Shown: one piece after another, positions 14,159 through 26,318 of the stretch
Layout: each line of letters opens with the position of its first letter
Numbering within the stretch: the first letter of the stretch is position 1
Source of the DNA: Eledone cirrhosa
Taxonomy: Eukaryota
Length of the DNA stretch: 64,000 bases
NCBI GenBank assembly: GCA_964016885.1
Contig: OZ024743.1
Coordinates: 261,764,001 to 261,828,000, forward strand
Direction of reading: 5' to 3'
Made by a program: the position numbers and the translations under genes
The notes under the pieces: model-generated
Told to the model about the DNA's origin: nothing
What the model saw: only the letters and a program-made list of their open reading frames with translations
The model's database searches: none

Positions 14159-14569
14159 ATATACATTAGATAAGCAACATGGCACCAGAGTAGTCGCAAC
14201 TCATTATTTTCCAGCTGAGTGAACTTGAGCAGCATGTCTTGCGCAAGGACACAATGCTCTTCCTGGTTCGGGAATCAAACTCACAACCTCATGATTGTGA
14301 GCCCAATACTCTAACCACTAAGCCACATAGTAGATTAGTATGGAAAGGGTTTAACTGACCTAAATTAACATCTAGTGCTCTATGGTGTGGCAATCTCTTA
14401 TCCTACTAAACCACTACATAGGCTATCTTTAACTAAAGACTTCTCTAAAGTTAGTCACTTATCAGCTGCCTTCTGCCACCAAAACCATCTCCTGTCCCAA
14501 TCTGTTATCACTATAAAAAGTGAATTTATGTCACATTTCTCTTGGCAGTGGTGGCAGTGGTGCGGCTGC

Positions 14570-14890
14570 TGCTCTTTCTTCTTTTTCTTTTTTCTTTCTT
14601 CTTCTTCTCCTCCTTCTCCTCTTCTTTCTCCTTCTCCTTTTCCTTCTTTCTCATTTTCCTTCTCTCTTTCCCTCTTTTCTTTTCTCTTTTTTCTCTTTTT
14701 CCTTCGTTTTTCTTTTTTTTTCTTTTTCCTTTTCTTTTTTCTTTTCTTTTTTCTTTTTTCTTCTTTCTTTTTCTTTTTTCTTTCTTTTTCTTTTCTTTTT
14801 CTTTTTTCTTTCTTTTTCTTTTTTCTTTCTTTTCTTCTTTCTTTCTTTTTCTTTTTTTTCTCTCTCTTTTTTTATCCTCTTCTTCCTCCT
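14570..14890. repeat. Polypyrimidine (T/C) low-complexity tract
   Basis: Direct reading. Confidence 0.95.
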
Positions 14891-15587
14891 TGCAGTTATG
14901 ACTTAAACAGTTTAAAAAAAATTATTATCAGTTGTCAGCTCTCCACTCTTAGAGTATGTTGAGTGATGCTAATGTTGTATGTGTGTGTGTAAATACACAC
15001 ACACACACACACACTTATACACTTATGTACTATTGTTGCTACTACTACTACTACTACTACTCAAGCTAGAAATAGCAGCTAAATTCTTCTCAAATCACAG
15101 ACTCAGTTGTCTTAAAAAAGGGAAGGATACATTGGATAATCTAATCCTAGATACACTTATGCATGAAAAATACTTTTAAAAAGACATGGTCAGTTTTTTA
15201 ACACCTTTGACCATCGGTCTGATGGGTTAGAGCTGAAGCTAAACACACACACACACACACACATATCACTATAGGTTTTTCTTGCTCTGCTAAGTAGAGT
15301 TTCAGTTTGTTTAAAGGTATTTTAGATTTTTCAGGTAATCCTGGAATATTTCAAAAGATATACACACACACACAATTGTTTATATACATACATCTATACA
15401 CACATACACAGATACATAGCTAATTGCAAAAATACACACACACGTGTGTGTATGTATATATATATATGTGTGTGTGTGTATATAAGTATGTGTGTGTATA
15501 TATATATGTATATATGTATGTATGTGTATATATGTGCGTGTGTATGTATGTGTGTGAATATATATATATATATGTGTGTGTATATAT

Positions 15588-15813
15588 ATGATGACCGATG
15601 GATGAAGAAGTGCCAGGAATTGCCAGTTGAAGGAAGACGTGGTAGAGGTAGACCACGAAAAACATGGGCGGAGGTGGTGAGAACAGACCTCAGATCATTG
15701 AAGCTCACGGTGGAGATGACGAGGGACCGTGACGAGTGGAGAGATGCTGTGCTGAATAAGACCCGTCCCACCCTTGCAAGCAGGGAGGAGCGGATGTAAA
15801 ATGATGATGATGA
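15588..15813 (+). mobile_element. RTE LINE (third family) 3' fragment
   Basis: DDRWMKKCQELPVEGRRGRGRPRKTWAEVV...RDRDEWR, (GAT)n tail, flanked by TA-rich microsatellite. Confidence 0.85.
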
Positions 15814-15820
15814 TATATAT

Positions 15821-16068
15821 TAGGGATTGTAACGTCCAGTTGCTGTAGGTTCCCCAGAATGAGCACTCAATGCGTAACTCCCAGTAGGTATATTGGTGTT
15901 GTACTAAGCAGAGTGTAATACTGATACTGTAATTACCATAACAGAAGTCCGATGAGATTTTGATTCCAGATTGATACAGATCGAACCTTGAGCTGATCAA
16001 TCGAGAAACGCGCGTCACACCTCAATAAACGTAATGAAGACCTAACACTTCATCTTTTTTATTATTAG
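15821..16068. mobile_element. (TA)n-embedded hammerhead-type (retrozyme/Penelope-like) element with inversion
   Basis: GAAACGCGCGTC (palindromic stem III + GUC) at 16005-16016 on +. Conserved TT-bulged hairpin at 15864-15915 on -. TA flanks. Confidence 0.6.
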
Positions 16069-16148
16069 TGTATATATATATAAGCGTGAAACTAAAAACC
16101 ATATCATTTGTACTGCCTCTCTGTTTTTTGTTCTCTGTTTATTTATTC

Positions 16149-16179
<31 letters not shown>

Positions 16180-16389
16180 ACGAAGGAAATGTGGTAAGGA
16201 ACCAGGTGGACCATAACGCACCAAAGTACTCAATACTTAGGGTAGTAGAGTGGGTAATAGGAACGAGTAGGACCCCGACGGCTGAGCTCAAGCCGTTTCG
16301 ACGGCTAATTCTGGACTAGTTTTATTCTAGTCCAGAATTAGCCGTCGAAACGGCTTGAGCTCAGTCGTCGGTGTCCTACTCGTTCCTAT
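16180..16389 (-). mobile_element. (TA)n-embedded hammerhead-type element with 63-bp fold-back
   Basis: Arms 16257-16319 and 16327-16389 (2 mismatches) each carry GAAA-CGGCT...AG(C/T)CG-TC. TT-bulged hairpin at 16228-16251. Confidence 0.65.
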
Positions 16390-16395
16390 ATATAT

Positions 16396-16524
16396 AACAT
16401 CCGCTAAGGTGAAACAATTGTTCTCGGTATGGTGAACTAACTGTTGTGTAACCACTTCTACCTAACTCATCCCTTGGACTGAGTGCTCTACCACTACGGA
16501 TATTACCTTCCAGTGTTCCACCAC
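16396..16524 (+). mobile_element. 5'-truncated (TA)n-embedded hammerhead-type element
   Basis: GAAACAATTGTT at 16411-16422. ACTC-aTCC-ctt-GGA-CT-GAGT at 16465-16484. TA on both sides. Confidence 0.45.
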
Positions 16525-16588
16525 TATATATATATATATATATATATGTGTGTGAGTGTGAATATATATGTGCATGCATATGTGTGTG

Positions 16589-16633
<45 letters not shown>

Positions 16634-16635
<2 letters not shown>

Positions 16636-19600
16636 TATCTTAGTTTTATGACGTTATTATTGTTAATATTACTACTGTTTTTCTGCTGTATTATTGATAA
16701 ATTTTCGAAGGTATCTTAGTTCCTATGACGTTATTATTGTTAATATTACTGCTGTTTTAACTTCGGATATTTACCATGCGGTATTCTAATTCTATCGCAT
16801 CTCTCTCGGTTATTTACCATGCGACCCCCAGTGCCTACCTCACAACCCCCCCATCCCACCCACCCCCTCACACCACCATAGCCTATTCGACCAATCAAAC
16901 CTCAGCATGCCATTTCCACGACTGCTGCTACTACTACTTAACTAACTCTCTCCTCCTCTGGCGCAGCCCAACACACCCTGCCATTATCCCACCACCACTG
17001 TTCTTCTAGCCCTCAATTTTCCCACCGTTATGGATGGATGAGCTGAGAATAAATTTGAGCAACTGTGAATCAATAGATGAAATATGAATCTGCGAGCTAC
17101 CAAGCACCCACGTGAAGCGCCAACCCAGAGACCCTCCCCTACGAGTGTCGACAAATGCTCAAAACTCCGAGTTGGTACCATCAATGTAGGCTCAATGAAA
17201 GGAAGAGCAGGAGAAATCGTAGAAATGCTAGAGCGAAAGGAAATTGACGTATGCTGTGTGCAAGAGACAAGATGAAGAGGAGAGTCTGCCAGAGTCCTCG
17301 TAGGAAAAAGTCGGTGCTACAAATTTTTCTGGGTGGGAAATGACGATGGGATGGGTGGTGTAGGTATACTACTAGCTGACAAGTGGGTAGATAAAGTAAT
17401 CTCAGTGTACAGGGTAAACGCAAGAATCATTAAACTCAGACTAGTCCTGAATAAAACAATTACCACAATAATATCAGCTTACACACCCCAATCGGGGCTG
17501 CCAGACGAACTTAAGGATAGGTTTTACGAGTCCCTAATACACACTACTGCTCTAACAGACGACAAGGACTTCCTAATCATCGCAGGAGATTTTAACGGAC
17601 ACGTAGGTAAACACTGCGACGGCTACAATAGAGTACATGGAGGCCATGGGGTTGGCACAAGGAATGAGGAAGGATTCAGACTTCTAGAATTCTGCGACGC
17701 CAATGACATGTCGATATGTTACACAAACTTTAAAAAACCCGACAACCACCTGATCACCTATAGATCAGGGGAGCACTCTAGTCAGTTAGATTTTATCCTC
17801 ATCAGAGGACATGACAGATGGACGGTCGTAAACACAAAAGCCTTCCCTAGTGAGGAATGTACATCCCAACATAGCTTAGTTGTCAGCGACCTCACGGTCA
17901 GAACTAGACGAGCCCTGAAACAGAGGCCAACCTGGAGAAGAAAGATCTGGAAGCTGAAAGTCCCCTCAACCAGTAACAGAATTAAAAATATCTTACTCAA
18001 CGCCTACGACAGTAAAGAAGAACAGATAGAGACATTTAATGTAGAAGAGAACTGGGAGTTCCTAAAAAATAATTTACTAGAGGCGATGGACGAGGTCTGT
18101 GGCTGGAGTAAGACCTCAAGCAGGAGGAGAGTGACTTGGTGGTGGAACAATAAGGTAGATGAAGCAGTCAAGGCCAAGAGACAGGCATGGAAAGAATGGA
18201 AGAACGGGGGGAGCAGGGTACATTACATAGAGACCAAGAGGGAAGCTAGGCGACAAGTATACTTAACTAGGAGGGAAGCAGAGGATAGAAAATTCAAGCA
18301 TGTTTTACAACGTGAGGACCAGAAACAGGAGGTATTCAAGATTGCGAGGCAGTGTGTCAGAGATAGTTGTGATGTCATTGGAGAGAAGTGTATCCGGAAT
18401 GATAAAGGTGAGCTTGCCCTCACAAGTGCTGAGAAGAAAGATACATGGAGGAGTCATTATGATAGATTACTAAATGAGGAGAATGCATGGGAAGAAGAGA
18501 CCCTACCCCAAGTAGACCCTATAGAGGGACCAGCAGTACAAGTCAGCGGCAGCGTAGTAAGTAAGGCAATCAGAGATATGAAGATGGGGAAGGCAACCGG
18601 TCCATCGGGTATAGCTGCCGAGATGCTGAACGCATCTGGGTCTGTAGGTCACACTATAACCACACGTATCGTTAACCAGGTAATACTAGAAGGGGCCATA
18701 CCAAAAGATTGGTGCAGTAGCATCATTGTCAACTGCTACAAAGGTAAAGGCGATGCACTAGATAGAGGAAACTATAGAGGTATAAAGTTGATGGACCAGG
18801 TCATGAAAGTAACAGAAAGAGTTATAGCACAGCTGATTAGGGACCGGGTGAAAATAGACGAGATGCAATTTGGGTTTGTACCAGGAAGAGGCACCACTGA
18901 TGCCCTCTTCCTTGTGAGGCAATTACAGGAAAAGTACCTAGCTAAAAGTAAGCCACTCTACTTGGCATTTGTCAACCTTGAGAAAGCCTTTGACAGAGTT
19001 CCACGTGCTGTAATCTGGTGGGCTCTTAGAAAACTAGGAGTAGATGAATGGCTTGTGAAAGCGGTACAAGCCATGTATAGGGGAGCAGTCAGCAAAGTTA
19101 GGATTAGCAATGAGTATAGCGAGGAATTTAGCGTACAGGTTGGGGTCCACCAGGGCTCTGTTCTTAGCCCTCTCCTGTTCATCATAGTCCTGCAGGCAAT
19201 AACGGAGGAGTTTAAGACCGGATGCCCATGAGTTTAAGACCGGATGCACTAGAGAATAAATTCCAAACCTGGAAGCAGGGACTAGAAAGAAAGGGTCTCA
19301 AAGTCAACATGACAAAGACTAAGGTCCTTGTAAGTAGACGAGAAAACAGAACCCAGATCCCCTCAGGGAAATGGCCTTGCTCAGTATGTAGGAAAGGTGT
19401 AGGTAGGAACTCCATTCTCTGCCCCAAATGCAAACAATGGGTACACAAGAGATGTAGCGGGATCTCAGGAAGCTTAATTAAGAATGTAGGCTTCACATGC
19501 AGCAGCTGTGCTGAGACAGCAAGCAGCAAACAGCCACAGGAAACAAGTACCACCAATCTCTGGGAGGGCTCTGTAGAAACAGTAGACAGCTTCTGTTACC

Positions 19601-20473
19601 TAGGTGACCGAATTAGCAACGGAGGTGGGTGTTCAGAAAGTGCAATAACTAGGGTAAGAACGGGATGGAAGAAGTTTAGGGAACTACTACCACTGCTAGC
19701 TGCAAAAGGCTTCTCCCTCAGAATGAAAGGCAGACTGTATGATGCGTGTATCCGAACAGCGATGTTGCATGGTAGCGAGACCTGGGTGCTGAACGTGGAA
19801 GACTTACGTAGATTAGAGAGAAACGAAGCCTGCATGCTCCGATGGATGTGTAACAATAATATACGTGAACGACAAAGCATAAATGAATTGAGAGAGAGAC
19901 TGAGCATAAGAGGAATCAAATGCTGTGTGCAGGAGAGGCGGTTGCGCTGGTATGGACATGTGATGCGTATGAAGGATGACAGCTGCATAAAAAGGTGCAG
20001 AGCACTAGAAGTTGATGGAAACCGCGGAGTGGGGAGACCCAAGATGACCTGGGATGAGGTGATAAAAGCTGACCTTACCCAATTACACCTCTCAAAGACA
20101 ATGACACACGACCGTGACTTCTGGCGTCACGCAGTAATACAGAGTACCCGACCTCCCATGGGTACCAGCTGAAACATATAGACAATATGCCCCCACGCCC
20201 CCCACCGCAAGGTGGTCGTAGAGGTGCCACGGAAAAAAAGCACCCAGCCCACACTGTAAAGTGGACGTGTAGGCGCCACGGAAAAAAGTACCCAGCACTC
20301 ACTGTAAATGAGGTTGGTGTTAGGAAGGGCATCCAGCTGTAGAAATCAAGCCAAATCAGTTCCTGTATGAGCAAGGCATGGTCAGCCGACCAGACACTGC
20401 CCACAACAGGACAACCCTTCTAACCCATGCTAGCATGGAAGAACGGATGTAAAACGGTGATGATGATGATGAT
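16634..20473 (+). mobile_element. RTE LINE family A, near full-length
   Basis: APE endonuclease (TINVG, QETR, SAYTPQ, GDFNGH, SQHSLV) plus RT, 3' UTR and (GAT)n tail. (TA)n on both sides. Confidence 0.96.
17084..20172 (+). pseudogene. RTE APE-RT polyprotein, inactivated
   Basis: Premature TGA at 17273-17275. The YADD region is deleted and the frame shifts at ~19230. Confidence 0.93.
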
Positions 20474-20490
20474 ATATGTATATATATATT

Positions 20491-20523
<33 letters not shown>

Positions 20524-20534
20524 GTATATATATG

Positions 20535-20589
<55 letters not shown>

Positions 20590-20623
20590 TTGTCTGTGTG
20601 TATATACACACACACACACACGT

Positions 20624-20781
20624 GTATAGAGTTGGGTAAAATCCCAACCAAGCAGTTTCAGCTAAAACTGCTTGGCGCTGTGGTTGGGATTTTACCTATC
20701 TCTATACCCACTCTGCAACTCCCTATGTATTGAGTACTCCTATGATTAGTGGTCTCCTCGGTCACAGCACTGCAGCCTCTC
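20624..20781 (+). mobile_element. Microsatellite-embedded hammerhead-type element with fold-back
   Basis: Imperfect inverted repeat 20624-20707. TT-bulged hairpin ACTC-TGCA...TGTA-TT-GAGT at 20710-20735. Confidence 0.55.
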
Positions 20782-20799
20782 TATATACATGTGTGTGTA

Positions 20800-20835
<36 letters not shown>

Positions 20836-23800
20836 TGTGTCTATACATATGTGTATGTATACATCGCACACACACAAAAACAAACACACACATATATGTG
20901 TTTGTCGTCATCGTGATGCCGGCATGGTTAAACAGAATATTTTGAGGCAATGTTTTACAGCTGTTCCTAATGATCACTCACCCTTTTACTCATTTCTTAC
21001 AACACACAATGATACAGTGTATCTATACTAAACTGGATAAACACGCTGTATGTGTGTATCTCTTTCTCTCTCTATACATACACACACACGCGTGTGTGTG
21101 TGTGTGTGTGCATGCATGCATGTATGTGTATATATATATATATACGTGTGTGCATGCAAGTGTATATATATGTGTATATATATATACATATATATATACA
21201 CGTGTGTATGTGTGCATGTATGTATATATATACGTGTATGTATGTATGCATGTATGTGTGTGTGCATGTATGTATGTGTGTGTAAGTATGCATGCATGTA
21301 TATATGTATGTTTGTGTAAGCTTGTGTATCTATATACAGGTTGAGTCATAAGTAACTGGGCAGTGAATGCATTTTTATTGCAAGACCGAGATGTTCTTTT
21401 TTCGAAGAACCAGTGATGGGTACCAAGTTTTAAGAAATGACCGCATGGTTGTCAGATATGGTTCCAATTTTGTCCCTGCTTGTTAATTGCAAATGATTTT
21501 GAAATTATTAAAGTATTTGGAGAATTTACTATCATAACTAACTTTCTCATTATTATGTTGGTGTTTAACAAAGGTTCTTACAGAAAATTATGATGGAAGG
21601 TTTTTAGATAAATATAAACACTTTAAAATAAACATTTTGTATCATAAAGACTGGGAGTGATTTGAGGTGGTTTGATACTATTGCTGCTTCTGCTGCTACT
21701 GCTGCTGTTACTACTACTACTACTAGTACCATCACCACTACGACGACCACCACCACTACTACTAATAATAATAATGGTTTCTTATATAGGCACAAGCCCA
21801 GCAGTTTTTTGGGAGAGGGGAATGTCAATTAATCGACCCAGTGCCTGCCTAGTACTTTATTTTATCGACCCCTTAAGGATGAAAGGCAAAGTTAACCTTT
21901 GAACTCAGATCATAAAGGGTCGTAACTCTATGCTGCAAAGCATGGCACCCGGCCCTCTACCGATTCTGTCAATCCACCAATAATAATAATGATACTGTTA
22001 TTAATTGCTGGAGTGTTATTTATCATGTATTACGAGAGGGACTAGTGATGTCTATGGTAGATATGTAGTAAAGTGGACTCAGTGAGACAGTCACTTTTAA
22101 TTCTTTGGAATTTTAGTAGAGGGTGGGTGTAGCAAACAAACCCTATTCAATACAATACATACAGGGTATGACCCTTATGAGAACTAGCATGATTTTTTGG
22201 GGGGCTGAAGTAAGGAGCTTGAGCCAGAGTGATTCTAACAGATCAGATGGCTTATGCAACTGTTTCATTTTCTCTTATGGATTACAACTTCCACCATATG
22301 GTCCAAACATGTAGTACAGTAGGGATTTGTTTAAAGAAAGATTTGGATATTGTACCAGAGTGAATAGAATACATCTTGCTATTTTTTTGTATATATGTTC
22401 TCAGAGCAGCTGTTCCTTAGCTCATTACCCTTTCTGGTGCCTTCTTCTGTTTTTTCATTGGGGCTTTTTCATTAGTTATTTCTTCTGCTATTTTTAGCAA
22501 AAGTTTCTTAAAAGAAACTATAAACCTTCTGTTCTATCATTCATTATACCTTTAGCTTTTCTTTCGCTCTCTGTTAGTTTAAGGTTGTAGGATTGTGTGT
22601 GGCTTGTCAATTGGTATAAACTTTTTTCAGTATTTTTTACTGCTCTTTTATTTCACCAACTCAATTATAACATCATGGTTTAAACCTAAATCTTTTCTTA
22701 GCTTCCACATCTTTCTTCTCTGATTTATTCATATATTTTGTAAAAGTGCTGTTTATGGCAGAATTTCAAGCACCTTCCAACACCATTCAAGACTGTTTCT
22801 GATTTCCTCAGAAACATTTTCCTGATAATTATGGAGTTTTGTGATTTATTTGCAAGATAGATATATAGACAAATGGATATATAGATAGATAGATAGATGG
22901 ACGGATAGAGAGGCGGAGGAGGTTTGAAATCTAAGATTGCTTCATTTTTTTAATTGTTTAGTAATCCTCAAAGCAGGATCCATAGACTCTATATTTTTTG
23001 GGTGCCTCTGTGACTTGTGAGAGAAAGTGCATTTATCTTCAAAGCAGAGACCTGCCCATATCTAAAATTAATAGAGAGGGCTCTTCAGTTGTGTCAAAGG
23101 CATGGTAACCCACCACGTGTTGATGACATGATAAAATGCCCCAGTACTCTGTGTAAAATGACTGGTGATACGAAGGATATCCAGTTCTAGAACACATGTC
23201 AAACAAAGGGGTGTGAGGACACTTCTGTTGTGTGAAAGACATGACAAATTTCCTAGTGCTGGTGTCACAATAAAATGCACAGTGCACTCTATAGAATTCA
23301 GGAATGTATGTAAAAGAGATCAGTGGCTTGGTCTGTGATGACCTGTTCAATCCTTGATAGCAGGGAAAGTAGACATTAAATGGAAGTTGGTGATAATGAT
23401 GTGGATGTGTATGACGATGGCAAATCATTGAATAGTTCTACATAATCAGGCAATAATTGTTGCTGGTTTAAACATAGAAAAAAAGTTGAGCTGAGTTTGA
23501 AAATAAAATTGTAAAATAAGAGTGGCAGCAACAAATAGCAACTACAATAACAACAACATGATTCATTTACAAAGCAGGTGTTGCTTTTAGTTTTTGAGAG
23601 TTGGTAAATGCCAAGAGTTAGCGAAAACCTAAGGTAGCTTCAGGTAACTCTTAGATCTAAATGGCAATTAGTCTGCCAAATTGGAAGAAGTGTGTGTGCG
23701 CACGTGTGTATATTTGAGTGTGTCTGTTTGTATGTATGTACACTTGTATAGGCGTGTGTTTGTGTGCTTGTACGTTTGTGTGTGTGTACGTATGGACATT

Positions 23801-24763
23801 TGTATGTATATGTTTATGGACATTTGTATGTATGTGTGAATGTATGTGTGTGTTTGTGTGCTTGTATGTTTGTGTGTTCATTTGTGTTTGTATATGTATG
23901 TTTCTGTGCTTGTGTCTGTGTGTCTGTACTTGTGTATGTTTGTGTGTTTTTTTATGTATTTGTATATATATATATATACATATTGTGTGTATGTTTATGA
24001 CTCTGCGCATGTTTCTGTGTCTATGTTTATGTCTATTGTAGTTGTGTGTGTGTGAAAAAATACTTTTTGTTTCTTTTTTGTGCTTCTGTCTGTATGAGGA
24101 GATTGAACTTGGTAACCTTCACTGAATTATGTAAGTTCAGACCTGGGTGGCTATAAATTGTAATTTACTGCATGGCCAGGAATTGAAATTGCAACCTTTA
24201 TGTTGCTGTGATTAATGTGAGGTTTCTCACCAAATATTATCTCTGAGAACTAAACTCACTCTCTATTCCTCCCTCTATCTATTACACATACATACACACA
24301 TACATACTCACATAAATGCACATACGTACATGCTCATGTATACATGTACATATATAGACACACACATATATGCACATATACATGCCCACATATACGTTTA
24401 TTTTAGTGTGTATGTGTGTTTATTTTATGTGTGTATGTGTGTCACTGTGCATCACCATGTGTGTGTGTGTGTGACATAGTAGTTAGGGTGTTCAGTTAAC
24501 AATTGTAAGGTCATGAGTTAGATTCTCAGCAGTGCTTTGTCTCCTTGAGCAAGAAACTTTATTTCATGTCGCTCCAGTCAACTTAGTTGGCCAAATTGAG
24601 TTTTACGTGTAATTCAAAGGACCAGTTTTGTCACTGTCAATCTTAATCTCCCTGAGAACTATATTAAGGGGTATATGTATCTGGAATGCTCAGTCCCTTA
24701 CACATTAATTACACATGTATGTGTGTGTGTGCATGTGTATAGAATGAGCTGTTTGTATAGATA

Positions 24764-25540
24764 TGAGGCTGAAAAGTTTTGATCCTCATAAAGAAAAAGA
24801 AAACAAATAGATATGCAAATGAAATTTTATCTGTGAAATCTGCAACATGTTCTTAGTGTTAGCTAGGTTTCATAGTCTAAACACTTTTTCATTTCTTTTT
24901 GGAGATTCTTAAAGTTGATGTATTCAGGCGTGTCATGAAAAATGGAGAAACTTGAGTATTGAGCAGTGATAAATTATCTGCAGTTGAAAGCATTTCTTCC
25001 AGCGAAGATCCATGCAAGTCACATTAAGGGAAGATGTCCCATCATATCCCACTGTCACATGCTAGGTCACTGACTTCAAGCATGGAAAGTCAGGTGTGTA
25101 AGATGACCTGAGGTTTGGGAGGTCATCAACAGTGACCACATCAGAGAACATTGATCTTGTCCTTGCTATGGTGATAGAGGATTGACAACTGTCATCTCAT
25201 CAGATATCAAACATGTTAGGCATCTCCCAGGAGTGAGCCAAATAATATTCTGACGAATATCATCACTCATCCACCAAACCTCCAACTTCCACCTGTTCTC
25301 AAACATGAAAAAGGATATGGCCAGACAGCACTACCCCACAGATGATGTCATAGATGTTGTGGACACCTACCTGGAGGACCAAATTAAGGAGTTTTACTTT
25401 AGTAGGATCCAGGCACTTCAACTCCGGTGGAAGAAGTGTGTAGAAAAATAAAACAAGAAAATATTTGTATAAATAAAACAAGAAAATATTTGTATATGCT
25501 ATTGTTTCTTGGAAGCTCAAAACTTTTCAGTCACCCCATG
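24764..25540 (+). mobile_element. Internally deleted, degenerate mariner
   Basis: TIR remnants ctgaaaagttttga / tcaaaacttttcag. Transposase N-terminal remnant MEKLEY*AVINYLQLK from 24942 and a C-terminal remnant near 25290-25445. Confidence 0.7.
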
Positions 25541-26318
25541 TATATGTTAGCTTTTTACAACTCATAGTGAACATCCAGACAGTGCACTCAGTGGGCCTTA
25601 GTTGGTTCTAACTGTGAGTGTACCAGTTGTTTGATCAACAGGATTGTCTGCTCATGAAATTAACATGTAATTGGCTGAGCCTTCCGTAAACACGTGTATC
25701 CTTAACTGAATTTTCTAGGAGATTCAACACAAGTGTATGACATGGATGCCCCTTTGAATTACAGGCACAATCCATTTTGACGTGATTCCAAACAGTTTCC
25801 GTCTACTCAATGTCACTCTCAAGGCATGGGTAGACCCAAGGCTATGGTAAATGACATTTGCTGAAGGTTCCAAGCAGTGAGATTGAACCCAGGACTTAAT
25901 GATTGTGAAGCAAAGCGCGTAACCATTCAGCCATACTCCCTCCATTGTGATACCTAAAATAAAACTAAAGAATTAACCTTATTTCTGAAATTTTATCTCC
26001 CGAGATAACTGGAACCAGACAAGGATGTTGTTAGTTGAGTTTCATACTCATGTAAGCCTTCAAACTGTTAAAGTGGTGTAGCTAGGGCTGGGGGAAGTGT
26101 GCTGGGTTGTATTCAACAATAGTCTGTAGTTTTAATACATGGCTATCTTGAAAGGTTGAATATAATGTCATGGATTATCATGGAACTAATCAGGGGGCAT
26201 AAATTCCATATCTTTGGAATTCCTTTAATTGAACCAAATCTATATGAATTCAAGAGAGTACAGTTGTGTCAAGCTATAAATAGCCGTGTGTGTGTGTGTA
26301 TATATGTGTATGTATGTA

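Noticed and set aside
14375-14962. Phe/Ser-rich and other low-complexity ORFs (YI, VC, TH, poly-V/T)
   Set aside because: Translations of microsatellites.
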